A stretch of DNA of 63,464 nt, filler included, from Licmophora abbreviata (taxonomy: Eukaryota), in NCBI GenBank assembly GCA_900291995.1. It is 14 parts of 14 records of this genome, joined end to end, with 100 filler letters (N's around TTAATTAATTAA, not from the genome) between each part and the next. Parts side by side here need not be neighbours in the genome. Positions count along the whole stretch, not along the records: positions 18,833 to 20,640 come from OLMU01005118.1; positions 20,741 to 25,024 come from OLMU01005119.1; positions 25,125 to 26,877 come from OLMU01005120.1; positions 26,978 to 36,536 come from OLMU01005123.1; 10 more parts are not named here. One strand, 5' to 3'. The position numbers and the translations under genes were made by a program. Positions 20,144 through 31,322 of this stretch are shown one piece after another (within the stretch, counting starts at the first letter, position 1; every line of letters begins with the position of its first letter). The notes under the pieces were generated by a model. It was not told the origin of the DNA. It worked only from the letters and a program-made list of their open reading frames with translations, and ran no database searches.

Positions 20144-21462
20144 ATGCCCGTTCTCGTGATGAAATTCGGCGGCACATCCGTCGCCACGCTCGACCGCATT
20201 CGTCGCGCCGCCAAACGCGTCGGCGTTGAGGTGGCCAAGGGCTATGACGTGATCGTCATCGTCTCGGCCATGGCGGGCAAGACAAACGAACTCGTCGGGT
20301 TCGTGAACGAAACCTCTCCGCTTTACGATGCGCGCGAATATGACGCCGTCGTCAGCTCGGGCGAGAACGTGACCGCCGGCCTCATGGCGCTCACCTTGCA
20401 GGAAATGGACATCCCGGCGCGCAGCTGGCAAGGCTGGCAAGTGCCGGTCAAGACCACCTCGGCCCATTCCGCCGCCCGGATCGAGGATATCCCCCCCGAC
20501 AACATCAACGCCAAATTCGCCGAAGGCATGCGGGTCGCGGTCGTCGCGGGCTTTCAGGGCGTCAGCCCCGAAGGCCGCATCACCACGCTTGGCCGGGGTG
20601 GATCGGACACAACAGCCGTGGCCTTCGCCGCCGCCTTCGANNNNNNNNNNNNNNNNNNNNNNNNNNNNNNNNNNNNNNNNNNNNTTAATTAATTAANNNN
20701 NNNNNNNNNNNNNNNNNNNNNNNNNNNNNNNNNNNNNNNNACACCGATGTCGACGGTGTATACACCACCGATCCGCGCATTTGCGACAAGGCCCGCAGGC
20801 TTGACCGGATCGCCTTCGAGGAAATGCTCGAACTGGCCTCGCTCGGCGCCAAGGTGCTGCAGACCCGTTCGGTCGAACTTGCAATGCGCTACAATGTGAA
20901 GCTGCGCGTGCTCAGCAGCTTCGAGGAACAATCGGATGACGCCGGCACCCTTGTCTGTGCCGAGGAGGAAATCATGGAATCAAATGTCGTCAATGGCATC
21001 GCCTATTCGCGCGACGAGGCGAAGATGACCCTCATCTCCGTGGCCGACCGCCCCGGCATCGCCGCCGCCATCTTCGGCCCGCTGTCGGATGCCGGCGTCA
21101 ACGTGGACATGATCGTGCAGAACATCTCGGAAGAGGGCCGCACAGACATGACCTTTTCCTGCCCCACCGATCAGGTGCTGCGCGCCGAAAAAGCGCTCCA
21201 GGCGGCCAAGGAACGCGGCGAGGTCAATTACCACGATCTGGTCGCCGACACCAATGTTGCCAAGGTCTCGGCCGTGGGGATCGGGATGCGCAGCCAGTCG
21301 GGTGTGGCCGCCAAGATGTTCAAGACCCTGTCCAACGAGGGCATCAACATCAAGGTCATCGCCACGTCCGAGATCAAGATTTCCGTCTTGATCGACAGGA
21401 AATACATGGAACTCGCCGTCCAGGCCCTCCATGATGCCTTCGGGTTGGACAAATCCGCCTGA
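20144..21462 (+). CDS. lysC: Aspartate kinase (interrupted by the linker at 20641-20740)
   Basis: [21 protein letters not shown] and [12 protein letters not shown] motifs, two ACT domains; sits upstream of ptsP. Confidence 0.96.
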
Positions 21463-21534
21463 ACCCGTCACCCTGCCCCGGTGGGCCGCAGGTGCAGCCC
21501 CAAGTGACTCGGTCAGGGACCCACGGCATTTGCA

Positions 21535-23778
21535 ATGACGCATGACTTCGAGACCGACAGCCGCCAGATGCTGGGCCGCCTGCGCTCGGTCATGGCTGAA
21601 GAGGCAGCAGGCCAGCAACGGCTTGACCGCATCACGCTGCTCATCGCCGAAGAGATGCGCACCGAAGTCTGCTCGATCTACCTCTTCCGCGACGAGGAGA
21701 CCCTGGAACTCTGCGCGACCGAGGGCCTGAACCCCCAGGCGGTGCATGAAACCCGGATGCGGCTTGGCGAAGGGCTGGTGGGCCGCGTGGCCCGTACCGG
21801 CGCGATCATCAATACCGACGACGCCCCCGGCACGCCCGGTTTCCGCTACATGCCCGAAACTGGGGAAGAGGCCTATTGCGCCTTCCTCGGCGTGCCGGTC
21901 CAACGCCTGGGCGAGATGCTCGGCGTGCTTGTGGTTCAGTCCCGCGAGGCGCGCATTTATTCCGACGAGGAAATCTACGCGCTCGAAGTGGTCGCCATGG
22001 TCATCGCCGAAATGGCCGAACTGGGGGCTTTCGTCGGTGAAGGCGCTGCCATGTCCGCGCGCCACCAGCAGGCGGTGCTGTTTCGCGGCACATCCGCCCA
22101 GGAAGGCGCGGCCCAGGGCCATGTCTGGCTGCACGAACCCCGCGTGGTGGTCACCAATCCGATCGCAGACGACCCCAAACGCGAGCTGGAGCGCCTGCGC
22201 GAAGCGGTCGAACAATTGCGCGTCGGCGTCGACCGGATGCTGTCCACGGCGGTGGGCGGCGACAAGGATCAACTGCAGGTGCTCGAAGCCTACCGCATGT
22301 TCGCCAATTCCAAGGGCTGGATGCGGCGCATGGAAGAAGATATCGGCCGCGGTCTGTCGGCGGAAGCGGCGGTGGAAAAGGAACAATCCACGGCGCGCGC
22401 CCGGATGTCCCAAGTCTCGGACAGCTATCTGCGCGAGCGGCTGCACGATCTGGACGATCTCAGCAACCGGCTGCTGCGCATCCTCACCGGCCAAGGCAAT
22501 CAGACCGGCGCCGAAATGCCCGCCGACCCGATCCTGATCGCGCGCAATATCGGCCCTGCGGAATTGCTCGATTATGGTCGGTCGCTCAAGGGGATCGTGC
22601 TCGAGGAAGGCTCGGTCGGCTCGCACGCGGCGATCGTCGCCCGTGCGCTGGCCATCCCTCTGGTGATCCATGCCGAACGTGTAACCACCGAGGCATTGAA
22701 CGGTGACAAGATCCTCGTCGATGGCGATCAGGGCATCGTGCATCTGCGCCCCGACGACACGGTCGCCGCCGCCTTCCGCGACAAGATGGCGATGCAGGCG
22801 CAGGCGCAGGAACGCTACGTGTCGATCCGCGACAAACCGGCCGAAACGCTCTGCGGCACACGGGTCACATTGCTGATGAATGCGGGGCTCATGGCCGACC
22901 TGCCCAGCCTCGACAGCTCGGGCGCCGAAGGGGTGGGCCTTTTCCGGACCGAATTGCAATTCCTGGTGCGCAACCACATGCCCAAACGGGCCGAACTCAG
23001 CGGGCTTTACGCCCGCGTGATGGAGGCCTCCAAAGGCAAGCGCGTGGTGTTTCGCACGCTCGATATCGGCTCCGACAAGGTGCTGCCCTACATGAAGGCC
23101 GTGAACGAGCCCAACCCCGCCCTCGGATGGCGGGCGGTGCGCGTCGGTCTCGACAAACCCGGTGTCATGCGCATGCAGCTTCAGGCGCTGATCCGCGCCG
23201 CCGCCGGCCGGCCCCTGACGGTGATGTTTCCCTTCGTGGCGCAGCGCGAGGAATACACCGCCGCCAAGGCCGAGATGGACAAGGCGCTCGAGCGCGAGCG
23301 CATCCTCGGCCACCCCCTGCCCGCCGCGCTCGAAGTGGGCGCGATGCTCGAAACCCCGTCGCTCGCCTTCGCCCCGGACAGTTTCTATCGCGAGGTCGAT
23401 TTCCTATCGATCGGCGGCAACGATCTCAAGCAATTCTTCTTCGCCGCCGACCGCGAAAATGAACTGGTCCGGCGCCGCTACGACACGCTCAATGTCAGCT
23501 TCCTGACCTTTCTCGAAAGCATCGTCAAGCGCTGCAAGAGCCTCGGCACACCGCTCAGCTTCTGCGGTGAGGATGCGGGCCGCCCGGTGGAGGCCGCGTG
23601 CCTTGCCGCGATCGGCCTGCACAGCCTGTCCATGCGCCCGGCCTCGATCGGGCCGGTGAAGTCCATCCTCCGGCGCACCGACCTTACCGAGCTGCGCCGC
23701 GTGATCCACGAGGCCCGCGACACCGGCACCCAATCGGTCCGCCCTGCCGTGATGACTTATCTGCGCGGCAAACTCTGA
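21535..23778 (+). CDS. ptsP: PEP-protein phosphotransferase EI-Ntr (GAF + EI)
   Basis: N-terminal GAF (LELCATEGLN); GSHAAIVARA phospho-His; GVGLFRTELQF; SIGGNDLKQ. Confidence 0.97.
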   Translation: MTHDFETDSRQMLGRLRSVMAEEAAGQQRLDRITLLIAEEMRTEVCSIYLFRDEETLELCATEGLNPQAVHETRMRLGEGLVGRVARTGAIINTDDAPGTPGFRYMPETGEEAYCAFLGVPVQRLGEMLGVLVVQSREARIYSDEEIYALEVVAMVIAEMAELGAFVGEGAAMSARHQQAVLFRGTSAQEGAAQGHVWLHEPRVVVTNPIADDPKRELERLREAVEQLRVGVDRMLSTAVGGDKDQLQVLEAYRMFANSKGWMRRMEEDIGRGLSAEAAVEKEQSTARARMSQVSDSYLRERLHDLDDLSNRLLRILTGQGNQTGAEMPADPILIARNIGPAELLDYGRSLKGIVLEEGSVGSHAAIVARALAIPLVIHAERVTTEALNGDKILVDGDQGIVHLRPDDTVAAAFRDKMAMQAQAQERYVSIRDKPAETLCGTRVTLLMNAGLMADLPSLDSSGAEGVGLFRTELQFLVRNHMPKRAELSGLYARVMEASKGKRVVFRTLDIGSDKVLPYMKAVNEPNPALGWRAVRVGLDKPGVMRMQLQALIRAAAGRPLTVMFPFVAQREEYTAAKAEMDKALERERILGHPLPAALEVGAMLETPSLAFAPDSFYREVDFLSIGGNDLKQFFFAADRENELVRRRYDTLNVSFLTFLESIVKRCKSLGTPLSFCGEDAGRPVEAACLAAIGLHSLSMRPASIGPVKSILRRTDLTELRRVIHEARDTGTQSVRPAVMTYLRGKL

Positions 23779-23789
23779 ACCTGCCATAG

Positions 23790-23813
23790 CCGGAATTTTC
23801 AAGAAAATTCCGG
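23790..23813. repeat. Perfect 11-bp inverted repeat CCGGAATTTTC-AA-GAAAATTCCGG
   Basis: Read directly, 12 nt after the ptsP stop. Confidence 0.8.
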
Positions 23814-23816
23814 TCT

Positions 23817-23890
23817 GGGGGCTCTGCCCCCGACGTTGAAAATAAAGTGATTTTCAACGCCTCCCCCGGGATATTTCAGGCCAGAAGAAA
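23817..23890 (+). repeat. Intergenic palindromic repeat family A, copy 2 (followed by an inverted degenerate half at about 23906-23940)
   Basis: Matches 15638-15712 in reverse; inner stem CGTTGAAAAT/ATTTTCAACG. Confidence 0.85.
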
Positions 23891-23958
23891 CGCGCGTGCG
23901 GCGCCTCTTTCATCGTTCCCCAAATACTCCCGCCGGAGGCCCCCATCCGCTTTCCGCG

Positions 23959-24002
23959 CACCGACAGGATACCGACGCTATACCGACGTGATACCGACCG
24001 CC
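23959..24002. repeat. 11-bp tandem array (consensus TACCGACGTGA, 4 units)
   Basis: CACCGACAGGA TACCGACGCTA TACCGACGTGA TACCGACCGCC, abutting the stop of the EcsC gene. Confidence 0.85.
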
Positions 24003-24752
24003 TTACCCAAGACGTTCGCGAAACGCCTCGACCAACTCCGCATGCTCGCGGCCGCTTTCGATCGCCAGCCGCCGCAGTCCGAAATGCACATGCGCCATCT
24101 GCTGATAATAGCTCGTATAGGCATAGTTCGTCGCCGCCCCGGCGGCTGCCCCCAGGACCGGCACGGTCTGGGCGGCCAGTTTCTGGCCCAGCACCGTCGC
24201 CAGCCGCGGCGCAACGCGCGCGATCATGGCGCGCATCGTGGTGCCGGTCAGCGCCAAGCGCGTGCTCAGAAAGGCGATGTCGGCCCCATCGTCATGGTCA
24301 AGCGGCCCTGCTGCCGCGAAGACCTGAACGCAATCGAACCGCACCGCTTGTTCCTCGGGGGAAAACCCCTGCTCGATGGCGGCGTCCTGAATGGCCCGTA
24401 ACAGAATGGTCGTGGTGATGGGCAGCTCCGCCAGAGCGGTGGGCAGCCCGCCCCACCCGCCGGCAGCCCCCATCGCGGTGGTCAGCGCCCGGGTCATCCA
24501 GCCGGGGCTTTCGGCCACCAGCCCGCGCGAGCGATGTGCCGCCTCCATCGCACGGGTCAGCGCATCGACAGTGGCGCTGTCGAGCCTGTCGCGCACGGGG
24601 TCAGGCAACCGGTCGAGCAGATTTTCGGCCTGTCCGCCGATCAGGTTCAGAACCTGCAACCCCGGTGAGGCCGCGCGGGCATGACGCGCGGCCAGATCAT
24701 CGAGATGACGCGAGACCTCTGCGGCATCCATCGGTTTTGCAATGATGTCCAT
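24003..24752 (-). CDS. EcsC family protein
   Basis: GAAGGWGGLPTALAELPITTTILLRAI and KLAAQTVPVLGAAAGAATN motifs. Confidence 0.85.
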   Translation of the reverse strand: MDIIAKPMDAAEVSRHLDDLAARHARAASPGLQVLNLIGGQAENLLDRLPDPVRDRLDSATVDALTRAMEAAHRSRGLVAESPGWMTRALTTAMGAAGGWGGLPTALAELPITTTILLRAIQDAAIEQGFSPEEQAVRFDCVQVFAAAGPLDHDDGADIAFLSTRLALTGTTMRAMIARVAPRLATVLGQKLAAQTVPVLGAAAGAATNYAYTSYYQQMAHVHFGLRRLAIESGREHAELVEAFRERLG

Positions 24753-24805
24753 GGCGGCGCCCTTCCGACGGTTCGTCATCAAGATCGGCGCTGGCGCCGT
24801 GCTTT

Positions 24806-25140
24806 TCAAGCACCGCGCTCGACCTTGCCGGTGATCTTGTCCCAGGCCCCGGGTTTGAGCTCCAGTCCAAGCACACGCGCCGGGTTGGTGGGCGGCGGCA
24901 TCGCGATGCCGGTAAGGCGGCGAAACCCGAACCGGCCATAATAGGGTTCATCCCCCACCAGCAGCACCCGGTCCCAGCCCTGCACCGCCGCCAGCACAAG
25001 GCTTTCGCGGATCAGCCAGCCGCCNNNNNNNNNNNNNNNNNNNNNNNNNNNNNNNNNNNNNNNNNNNNTTAATTAATTAANNNNNNNNNNNNNNNNNNNN
25101 NNNNNNNNNNNNNNNNNNNNNNNNGGCGTAGCTCGGACAC
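24806..25140 (-). CDS. GNAT N-acetyltransferase (YhbS-like), middle lost in a gap
   Basis: C-terminal VLLVGDEPYYGRFGF; probable GTG start (MSELR..) after AAGGAG on the far side of the linker. Confidence 0.8.
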
Positions 25141-25229
25141 AGCGCAACTCCTTGCAAAATCGGCTGGATTTGCGCGTAGCACGCCGTTAGGTCTGGCACA
25201 AACCCAGAAAACCAGCGAGGCGCTCCCTG

Positions 25230-25835
25230 ATGTTCTATCGTCCCGAAGACGGCCACGGCCTGCCGCACAACCCGTTCAACGCCATCGTGACACCCCGCCC
25301 CATCGGCTGGATTTCCAGCCGTGGCAAGGACGGGCAGGACAACCTTGCGCCCTATTCCTTCTTCAACGCCGTGGCCTATGTGCCGCCGCAAGTGATGTTC
25401 GCCTCGACCTCGGCCAAGGCGGATCGGGGCGACACCAAGGACAGCGTCGCCAATATCCGGGAGACCGGCGTGTTTTGCGTCAATATCGTGGAATATGCCA
25501 TGCGCGACGCCATGAATCAGACATCAGGCGCCTGGGACAGGGACGTGGACGAATTCACCCTTGCCGGGATCGACCGCGCCGAGTGCGACACCATTGCCTG
25601 TTCGCGCGTGGCCGCCGCGCCGGCCAATCTCGAATGCAAGCTCACCCAGATCGTGACCCTGCCCGGAGAGGCGAATGTCGCGGTCTTCGGAGAGGTGATA
25701 GGCGTTCACATGCGCGACGACTGCCTCAAGGACGGGATGTTCGATGTTCTGGCGTTCAACCCGCTGGCCCGCCTGGGATATCGCGACTACACGGTCGTGC
25801 GCGACACGTTCGCGCTCAACCGACCGGGCGAATGA
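25230..25835 (+). CDS. Flavin reductase family protein (DIM6/NTAB)
   Basis: PRPIGWISS, NLAPYSFFN, KDS..NI.ETG.FCVN and PLARLG motifs. Confidence 0.9.
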   Translation: MFYRPEDGHGLPHNPFNAIVTPRPIGWISSRGKDGQDNLAPYSFFNAVAYVPPQVMFASTSAKADRGDTKDSVANIRETGVFCVNIVEYAMRDAMNQTSGAWDRDVDEFTLAGIDRAECDTIACSRVAAAPANLECKLTQIVTLPGEANVAVFGEVIGVHMRDDCLKDGMFDVLAFNPLARLGYRDYTVVRDTFALNRPGE

Positions 25836-25868
25836 CCCTGCCCGCCGGATCGCCAGTGGAGCCAGCCG

Positions 25869-26877
25869 TTAGCGCGGGAACGCGTCGCTGAAGCCCGCCT
25901 GCCGTGTGCGGGCCAGCCCAGCTTGCAGCTCTTGTGAAGAGCCGAATGGCCCGGCAAGCACAAGCGTATAGGTCTGCCCCCCGCGTGTAATCCGGCCCAT
26001 GCGCGCAGGCAATCCGGTGTTGGCCAAACGCTGTGCCGCAGCGCGCGCATTGCCGTGATCACCGAACATGCCAGCCTGTACATACCGCTTGCCGGACTGT
26101 GCCGCCTGAGCCTTGGGCTGTTGCGACCGGGTCGAGATGACGGCCCTTGTCCCACTCTCGCCGGAGCGCGGCGCCTCGGCCATGCCAAGGGGCTGGCTGT
26201 CTGACGCGGAGCGTCGGACAGTGCCGTTTCGCGTCACCCGGATCGGATCGGGCACGACCCGCCCTTGCGTCGCGACGACAACACCGGCTGCGCGCTGCTG
26301 CTCGAAACTGGTGAACGGATAGCGCAGCCCCGGAAACCGAAAACTGACATCGCGCCCCGTGCGCGTATCGATCAGAATGCGCGGCACGGTTTTCGACCAG
26401 ATCACTTCCATATTGGCCTTGCCATCAAAGTTTTGATGCGCGCGATAGGGGTTGAGCCTGTCATCCTCCCAGACTTTCTTGTAGCCGTGCGGCACGGTGA
26501 TGCCTTGGGATTTCACTTGCTCTTCATAGACATGCCGCGGCACGACCCGCGTCTGGCCAGTCACCGCCACTTGACGCGAAACAGGCGCCAGAACGCGCGC
26601 ATGCCCTGCATGAACCGGAACCTGTGATACCACGGTCAAATCCGAACCACGCGCAGCGTAAGGCTGGGTCACGACCACGCGCCGCACCTTGGCGCCGCTT
26701 CCGCCACCGCCTTCAATATAGGTCACATGCGCGCTTGTCTGCGGACCACAGCGCACACCTTCGCCCGTGGAATACCGCGCCGACACGCCGGTCAGCCCCG
26801 GACAGGAGGATACCACTTCCCGGCGCGCTGCCGGTGCCGTGACAACGGCTGGCGCCGTCACGACGGGCAAGGTCCTT
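25869..26877 (-). CDS. SPOR-domain cell-envelope protein (5' end cut by a gap)
   Basis: C-terminal YVQAGMFG...NA...AGPF...AGFSDAF SPOR domain; VWEDDRLNPYR. Confidence 0.85.
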
Positions 26878-26977
26878 NNNNNNNNNNNNNNNNNNNNNNN
26901 NNNNNNNNNNNNNNNNNNNNNTTAATTAATTAANNNNNNNNNNNNNNNNNNNNNNNNNNNNNNNNNNNNNNNNNNNN

Positions 26978-28247
26978 CAGGCGCGGCCTCCCCGATATCG
27001 ATGGCCTGCAACAGCACCGCGGCGGCGCGGTCGGCCTGATCCTGCCTTGCGGCATGGATCCGCAAGAGCGGCGCCCCCGCCTCCACCCGGCTCCCGAGCG
27101 GCACCACCCGGTCCAGCCCCACCGCCGGATCGACCGCATCCGTTTCAACCTGCCGCCCGCCGCCAAGCCCGATCACCGCCAGCCCCATCGCCTCGCCATT
27201 CATCGCGCGGACAAAACCCGCGCGCGGCGCCGGCAGATCCCGGATCACCGGGGCCTTGGGCAGCAACCGCTCCCATGTCTCCACAAACCCCGCCGGCCCG
27301 CCCATCGCGGCGATCATCCGCCCGAAACACTCGGCCGCGCGCCCATCACCCAAGACCTTGCGCACCGCCTCTTCCCCGTCCTCCCGGCTCTCGGCAAGTC
27401 CCGCATCCCCAAGCGCCATGCCCCCCAGCATCACCGTCATCTCCGCCAGCCAACCGTCCCCGGCGCCACAAAGCACCCGCATCGCCTCGGCCACCTCCAG
27501 CGCATTGCCCGCAGCAGGCGCCAGCGGCTGGCTCATGTCCGAGATCACGGCACTTGTCCGGCACCCCGCGGCATTGGCCGTCTCCACCAAAGCCGACGCC
27601 AGTGCGCGCGCCTCTTCAAGCCCCTTCATGAACGCGCCCGAGCCCATCTTCACATCGAGCACCAACCCCTCCAAACCGGCCGCAAGCTTCTTGGACAGGA
27701 TCGACGCGGTAATCAGATCAAGGCTCTCGACCGTCGCCGAGACATCGCGGATCGCATAAAGCCGCCGATCCGCCGGCGCCATCCGCGCGCTGGCACTGAC
27801 GATCGCGCAGCCGACCTGCGCCACCACATCGCGAAACCTCTCGCCCGACAGGCCCGTGCACACCCCCGGAACAGCCTCCAGCTTGTCCAGCGTGCCGCCC
27901 GTATGCCCCAGCCCCCGGCCCGAGATCATCGGCACATAGGCCCCGCACGCAGCCAGTGCAGGGGCAAGGATCAGGCTGACGCAATCGCCGATCCCACCGG
28001 TCGAATGCTTGTCGATCACCGGACCATCCAACGACCAGCCAAGCGTTTCGCCACTGTCGCGCATCGCCAGCGTCAGCGCCGTGCGGCCCGCGTCTCCCAA
28101 CCCGTTCAACAGAACCGCCATCGCAAAGGCACCGGCCTGCGCGTCGCTCACCCGTCCATCGGCCAGCCCGTTGGCGAACCACGACAATTCCGCCTGCCCG
28201 AGCGCGGCACGATCACGGACAGACGCGATGATCGCACGCGCATCCAT
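26978..28247 (-). CDS. deoA: Thymidine phosphorylase (last residues cut by a gap)
   Basis: DKHSTGGIGD, MISGRGLGHTGGTLDKLE, ASILSKKLA and LDVKMGSGAFM motifs. Confidence 0.96.
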
Positions 28248-28250
28248 CCC

Positions 28251-28643
28251 TCACCCCCTCGGCAGACTGACCGAGGAAAACGCCCCCGGCAGCAACTCAT
28301 CCAGCCGCGCGGTTGCCTGCTGGCCATCCAGCGTCGCCATGATGACCCGCGTCTCACCGCCGCCGAACTCGGCCAGCCGCTGCCGACACCCGCCGCACGG
28401 GCTGATCGGCGCGGGACTGTCGGCAATGATCGCCACCTCGGTCAGCGCAGTCTCACCGGCAGCCACCATCGCGGCGATGGCCCCCGTTTCCGCGCAGGTG
28501 CCCTCGGGATAGGCGGCGTTCTCGACATTGCACCCGACATAGACCCGCCCCGAGGCACCGCGCACCGCAGCCCCCACCTTGAAGCCGGAATAGCGTGCAT
28601 ACGCCCTTTCGCGCGCAGCGCGTGCCTGATCCAGCAAATCCAT
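28251..28643 (-). CDS. cdd: Cytidine deaminase
   Basis: YS.FKVGAA, GCNVENAAYP..CAE and SPCGGCRQ motifs. Confidence 0.96.
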   Translation of the reverse strand: MDLLDQARAARERAYARYSGFKVGAAVRGASGRVYVGCNVENAAYPEGTCAETGAIAAMVAAGETALTEVAIIADSPAPISPCGGCRQRLAEFGGGETRVIMATLDGQQATARLDELLPGAFSSVSLPRG

Positions 28644-28760
28644 CGGCCTCTCCCTCGCATTGCAGCCGCAAGGCCATTGCGGGTTTCACATTGCGTCCTG
28701 ACGCAACCGGATGCAAGCTGGCGCAACCCGCCATAAAGCGCGGGATTGCACCGCTGGAAA

Positions 28761-28782
28761 TTTAGTTTAATGCTAAACTAAA
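28761..28782. promoter_or_regulatory. Perfect AT-rich palindrome TTTAGTTTA-ATGC-TAAACTAAA, candidate operator between cdd and maeB
   Basis: 9-bp perfect arms, 19 nt before the maeB ATG. Confidence 0.6.
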
Positions 28783-28801
28783 CGGTGCGAGGGAGGATCG
28801 A

Positions 28802-31081
28802 ATGACCGACAACCAGAAAGAAAACCTGCGTCAGGCGGCACTGGCCTATCACGAATTCCCCAAGCCGGGAAAGCTCGAGATCCGGGCGACCAAGCCGCTC
28901 GCCAATGGCCGTGATCTTGCCCGCGCCTATTCGCCGGGCGTGGCCGATGCCTGCCTTGAAATCAAGGACGATCCGGCCAATGCCGCCCGCTACACCGCGC
29001 GCAGCAACCTTGTCGCCGTCGTCACCAACGGCTCGGCCGTTCTGGGGCTTGGCAATATCGGGCCGCTGGCCTCCAAGCCGGTGATGGAGGGCAAGGCGGT
29101 TCTCTTCAAGAAATTCGCCAATATCGACTGCTTCGATCTGGAAGTCGATGAAAGCGACCCCGAGAAATTCGCCGATATCGTCTGCGCTCTGGAACCCACC
29201 TTCGGGGCGATCAACCTCGAAGACATCAAGGCGCCCGATTGTTTCATCGTCGAAAAACTCTGCCGCGAGCGCATGAACATCCCGGTCTTTCATGACGACC
29301 AGCACGGCACCGCCATCGTCGTCGGCGCCGCGGCGACCAATGCGCTCTTCGTGGCGGGCAAACGCTTCGAGGATATCAAGATCGTCTCCACGGGCGGGGG
29401 TGCTGCCGGCATCGCCTGCCTGAACCTGCTCTTGAAACTGGGCGTCAAGCGTCAGAACATCTGGCTGTGCGACATTCACGGGCTGGTCTACAAGGGCCGC
29501 ACCGAAGACATGAACCCCCAGAAAGAGGCCTTTGCCCAAGATACCGATCTGCGCGAACTGGGCGATGTCATTCATGATGCGGACCTCTTTCTCGGCCTCT
29601 CCGGCCCCAATGTGCTCAAGCCCGAGCATGTCGCGAAAATGACGCCGCGCCCGATCATCTTCGCGCTGGCCAATCCCAACCCAGAGATCATGCCAGACGA
29701 GGCCCGCGCCGTGGCCCCCGACGCGATCATCGCCACGGGCCGCAGCGATTTTCCCAATCAGGTCAACAACGTGCTGTGCTTTCCCTTCATCTTCCGGGGC
29801 GCATTGGATGTTGGCGCCACCGAGATCAATGACGCGATGCAGGTGGCCTGCGTCGAAGGGATCGCCGAACTGGCGCGCACCACCACCTCCGCCGAAGCCG
29901 CCGCCGCCTACAAGGGTGAGCAGATGTCCTTCGGGGCCGATTACCTGATCCCCAAGCCCTTCGATCCGCGCCTCTCCGGCATCGTCTCGACCGCCGTGGC
30001 GCGCGCCGCGATGGAGAGCGGCGTCGCCCGCCACCCGATCGCCGATCTTGACGCCTACCGCGCCAGCCTTGATGCAAGCGTCTACAAATCAGCACTGCTG
30101 ATGCGCCCGGTCTTCGATGCCGCGCGCACCGCCGCACGGCGCATCGTCTTTGCCGAGGGCGAAGATGAACGCGTGCTGCGCACCGCACAGGCGATTCTCG
30201 AGGAAACCACCGAAACCCCGATCCTGATCGGCCGCCCCTCGGTGACTGAACAACGCTGCGAACGGCTGGGCCTGACCATCCGGCCCGGCCGCGACGTGAG
30301 CATCGTCAACCCCGAGGACGACCCCCGCTATCGCGACTATTGGGGCAGCTATCACGAGATCATGAAGCGCCGCGGCGTGACCCCCGATCTGGCCAAGGCG
30401 ATCATGCGCACCAACACCACCGCCATTGGCGCGGTGATGGTCCACCGCGAAGAGGCCGACAGCCTGATTTGCGGCACCTTCGGCGAATATCGCTGGCATC
30501 TGAACTACATCACCCAGGTGCTCGGTGGGGCGGATCTGCGCCCGCATGGCGCGCTGTCTCTGATGATCCTCGAAGATGGCCCGCTCTTCATCGCCGACAC
30601 GCATGTGCATTCCCGACCCACCCCCGAGCAACTGGCTGAGGCCGCGATCGGGGCGGCCCGCCATGTGCGCCGCTTCGGCATCGTGCCCAATGTCGCGCTC
30701 TGCTCGCAGTCGCAATTCGGCAACCAGTCCGAAGGATCTGGCCGGCGTCTGCGCGAGGCGCTCGAGAGCCTCGATGCAGCACCCCGCGATTTCGCCTATG
30801 AGGGCGAGATGAACATCGACGCCGCGCTCGATCCCGATCTGCGCGCACGTCTCTTGCCCGACAACCGCATGACAGGGGCCGCCAATGTGCTGATCTTCGC
30901 CCATGCCGACGCGGCCTCGGGCGTGCGCAACATCCTCAAGATGAAAGCCGGCGGGCTGGAAGTGGGGCCGATCCTGATGGGCATGGGCAACCGCGCGCAT
31001 ATCGTAACCCCCGGCGTCACCGCGCGCGGCTTGCTGAACATGGCCGCCATCGCCGGAACCCCGGTGCGCCATTACGGCTGA
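28802..31081 (+). CDS. maeB: NADP-dependent malic enzyme with a PTA-like C-terminal domain
   Basis: [43 protein letters not shown] and RIVFAEGED motifs. Confidence 0.96.
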   Translation: MTDNQKENLRQAALAYHEFPKPGKLEIRATKPLANGRDLARAYSPGVADACLEIKDDPANAARYTARSNLVAVVTNGSAVLGLGNIGPLASKPVMEGKAVLFKKFANIDCFDLEVDESDPEKFADIVCALEPTFGAINLEDIKAPDCFIVEKLCRERMNIPVFHDDQHGTAIVVGAAATNALFVAGKRFEDIKIVSTGGGAAGIACLNLLLKLGVKRQNIWLCDIHGLVYKGRTEDMNPQKEAFAQDTDLRELGDVIHDADLFLGLSGPNVLKPEHVAKMTPRPIIFALANPNPEIMPDEARAVAPDAIIATGRSDFPNQVNNVLCFPFIFRGALDVGATEINDAMQVACVEGIAELARTTTSAEAAAAYKGEQMSFGADYLIPKPFDPRLSGIVSTAVARAAMESGVARHPIADLDAYRASLDASVYKSALLMRPVFDAARTAARRIVFAEGEDERVLRTAQAILEETTETPILIGRPSVTEQRCERLGLTIRPGRDVSIVNPEDDPRYRDYWGSYHEIMKRRGVTPDLAKAIMRTNTTAIGAVMVHREEADSLICGTFGEYRWHLNYITQVLGGADLRPHGALSLMILEDGPLFIADTHVHSRPTPEQLAEAAIGAARHVRRFGIVPNVALCSQSQFGNQSEGSGRRLREALESLDAAPRDFAYEGEMNIDAALDPDLRARLLPDNRMTGAANVLIFAHADAASGVRNILKMKAGGLEVGPILMGMGNRAHIVTPGVTARGLLNMAAIAGTPVRHYG

Positions 31082-31114
31082 CCGCCCAGGGCTGCGAATC
31101 TCCCATGCGCCGAA

Positions 31115-31304
31115 TTTGCAGCGCATGGGTTTGCAGCTTTGCAATCGTCCGGCATTTTGCCGTGCAATCCGAATATATAAAGGTGGTTTGCAAAAATTTG
31201 CAGGCCGCCCCTCCCCATCTCTGCAAATTTCTTGCGGTAATCCGCCGCGAAATCCGCCAACTCCCTTGCCGCGCCGCCCCCTGACCCCGTAACAGTTTTG
31301 CAAA
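31115..31304. promoter_or_regulatory. Cluster of TTTGCA(AA) motifs upstream of prpE (ScfR/PccR-type operator candidates)
   Basis: TTTGCA at 31115, 31130, 31138, 31187, 31197 and 31297, plus TGCAAA at 31222; full TTTGCAAA at 31187 and 31297. Confidence 0.65.
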
Positions 31305-31322
31305 GGACCGGAGGAGACTGAC

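Noticed and set aside
20980..23313. Long antisense ORFs (also 4618-6033, 8279-9976, 12559-14049, 27054-28736, 31416-33845, 44447-46888, 50236-51990)
   Set aside because: Shadow frames of well-supported genes in high-GC DNA, with no recognisable motifs.
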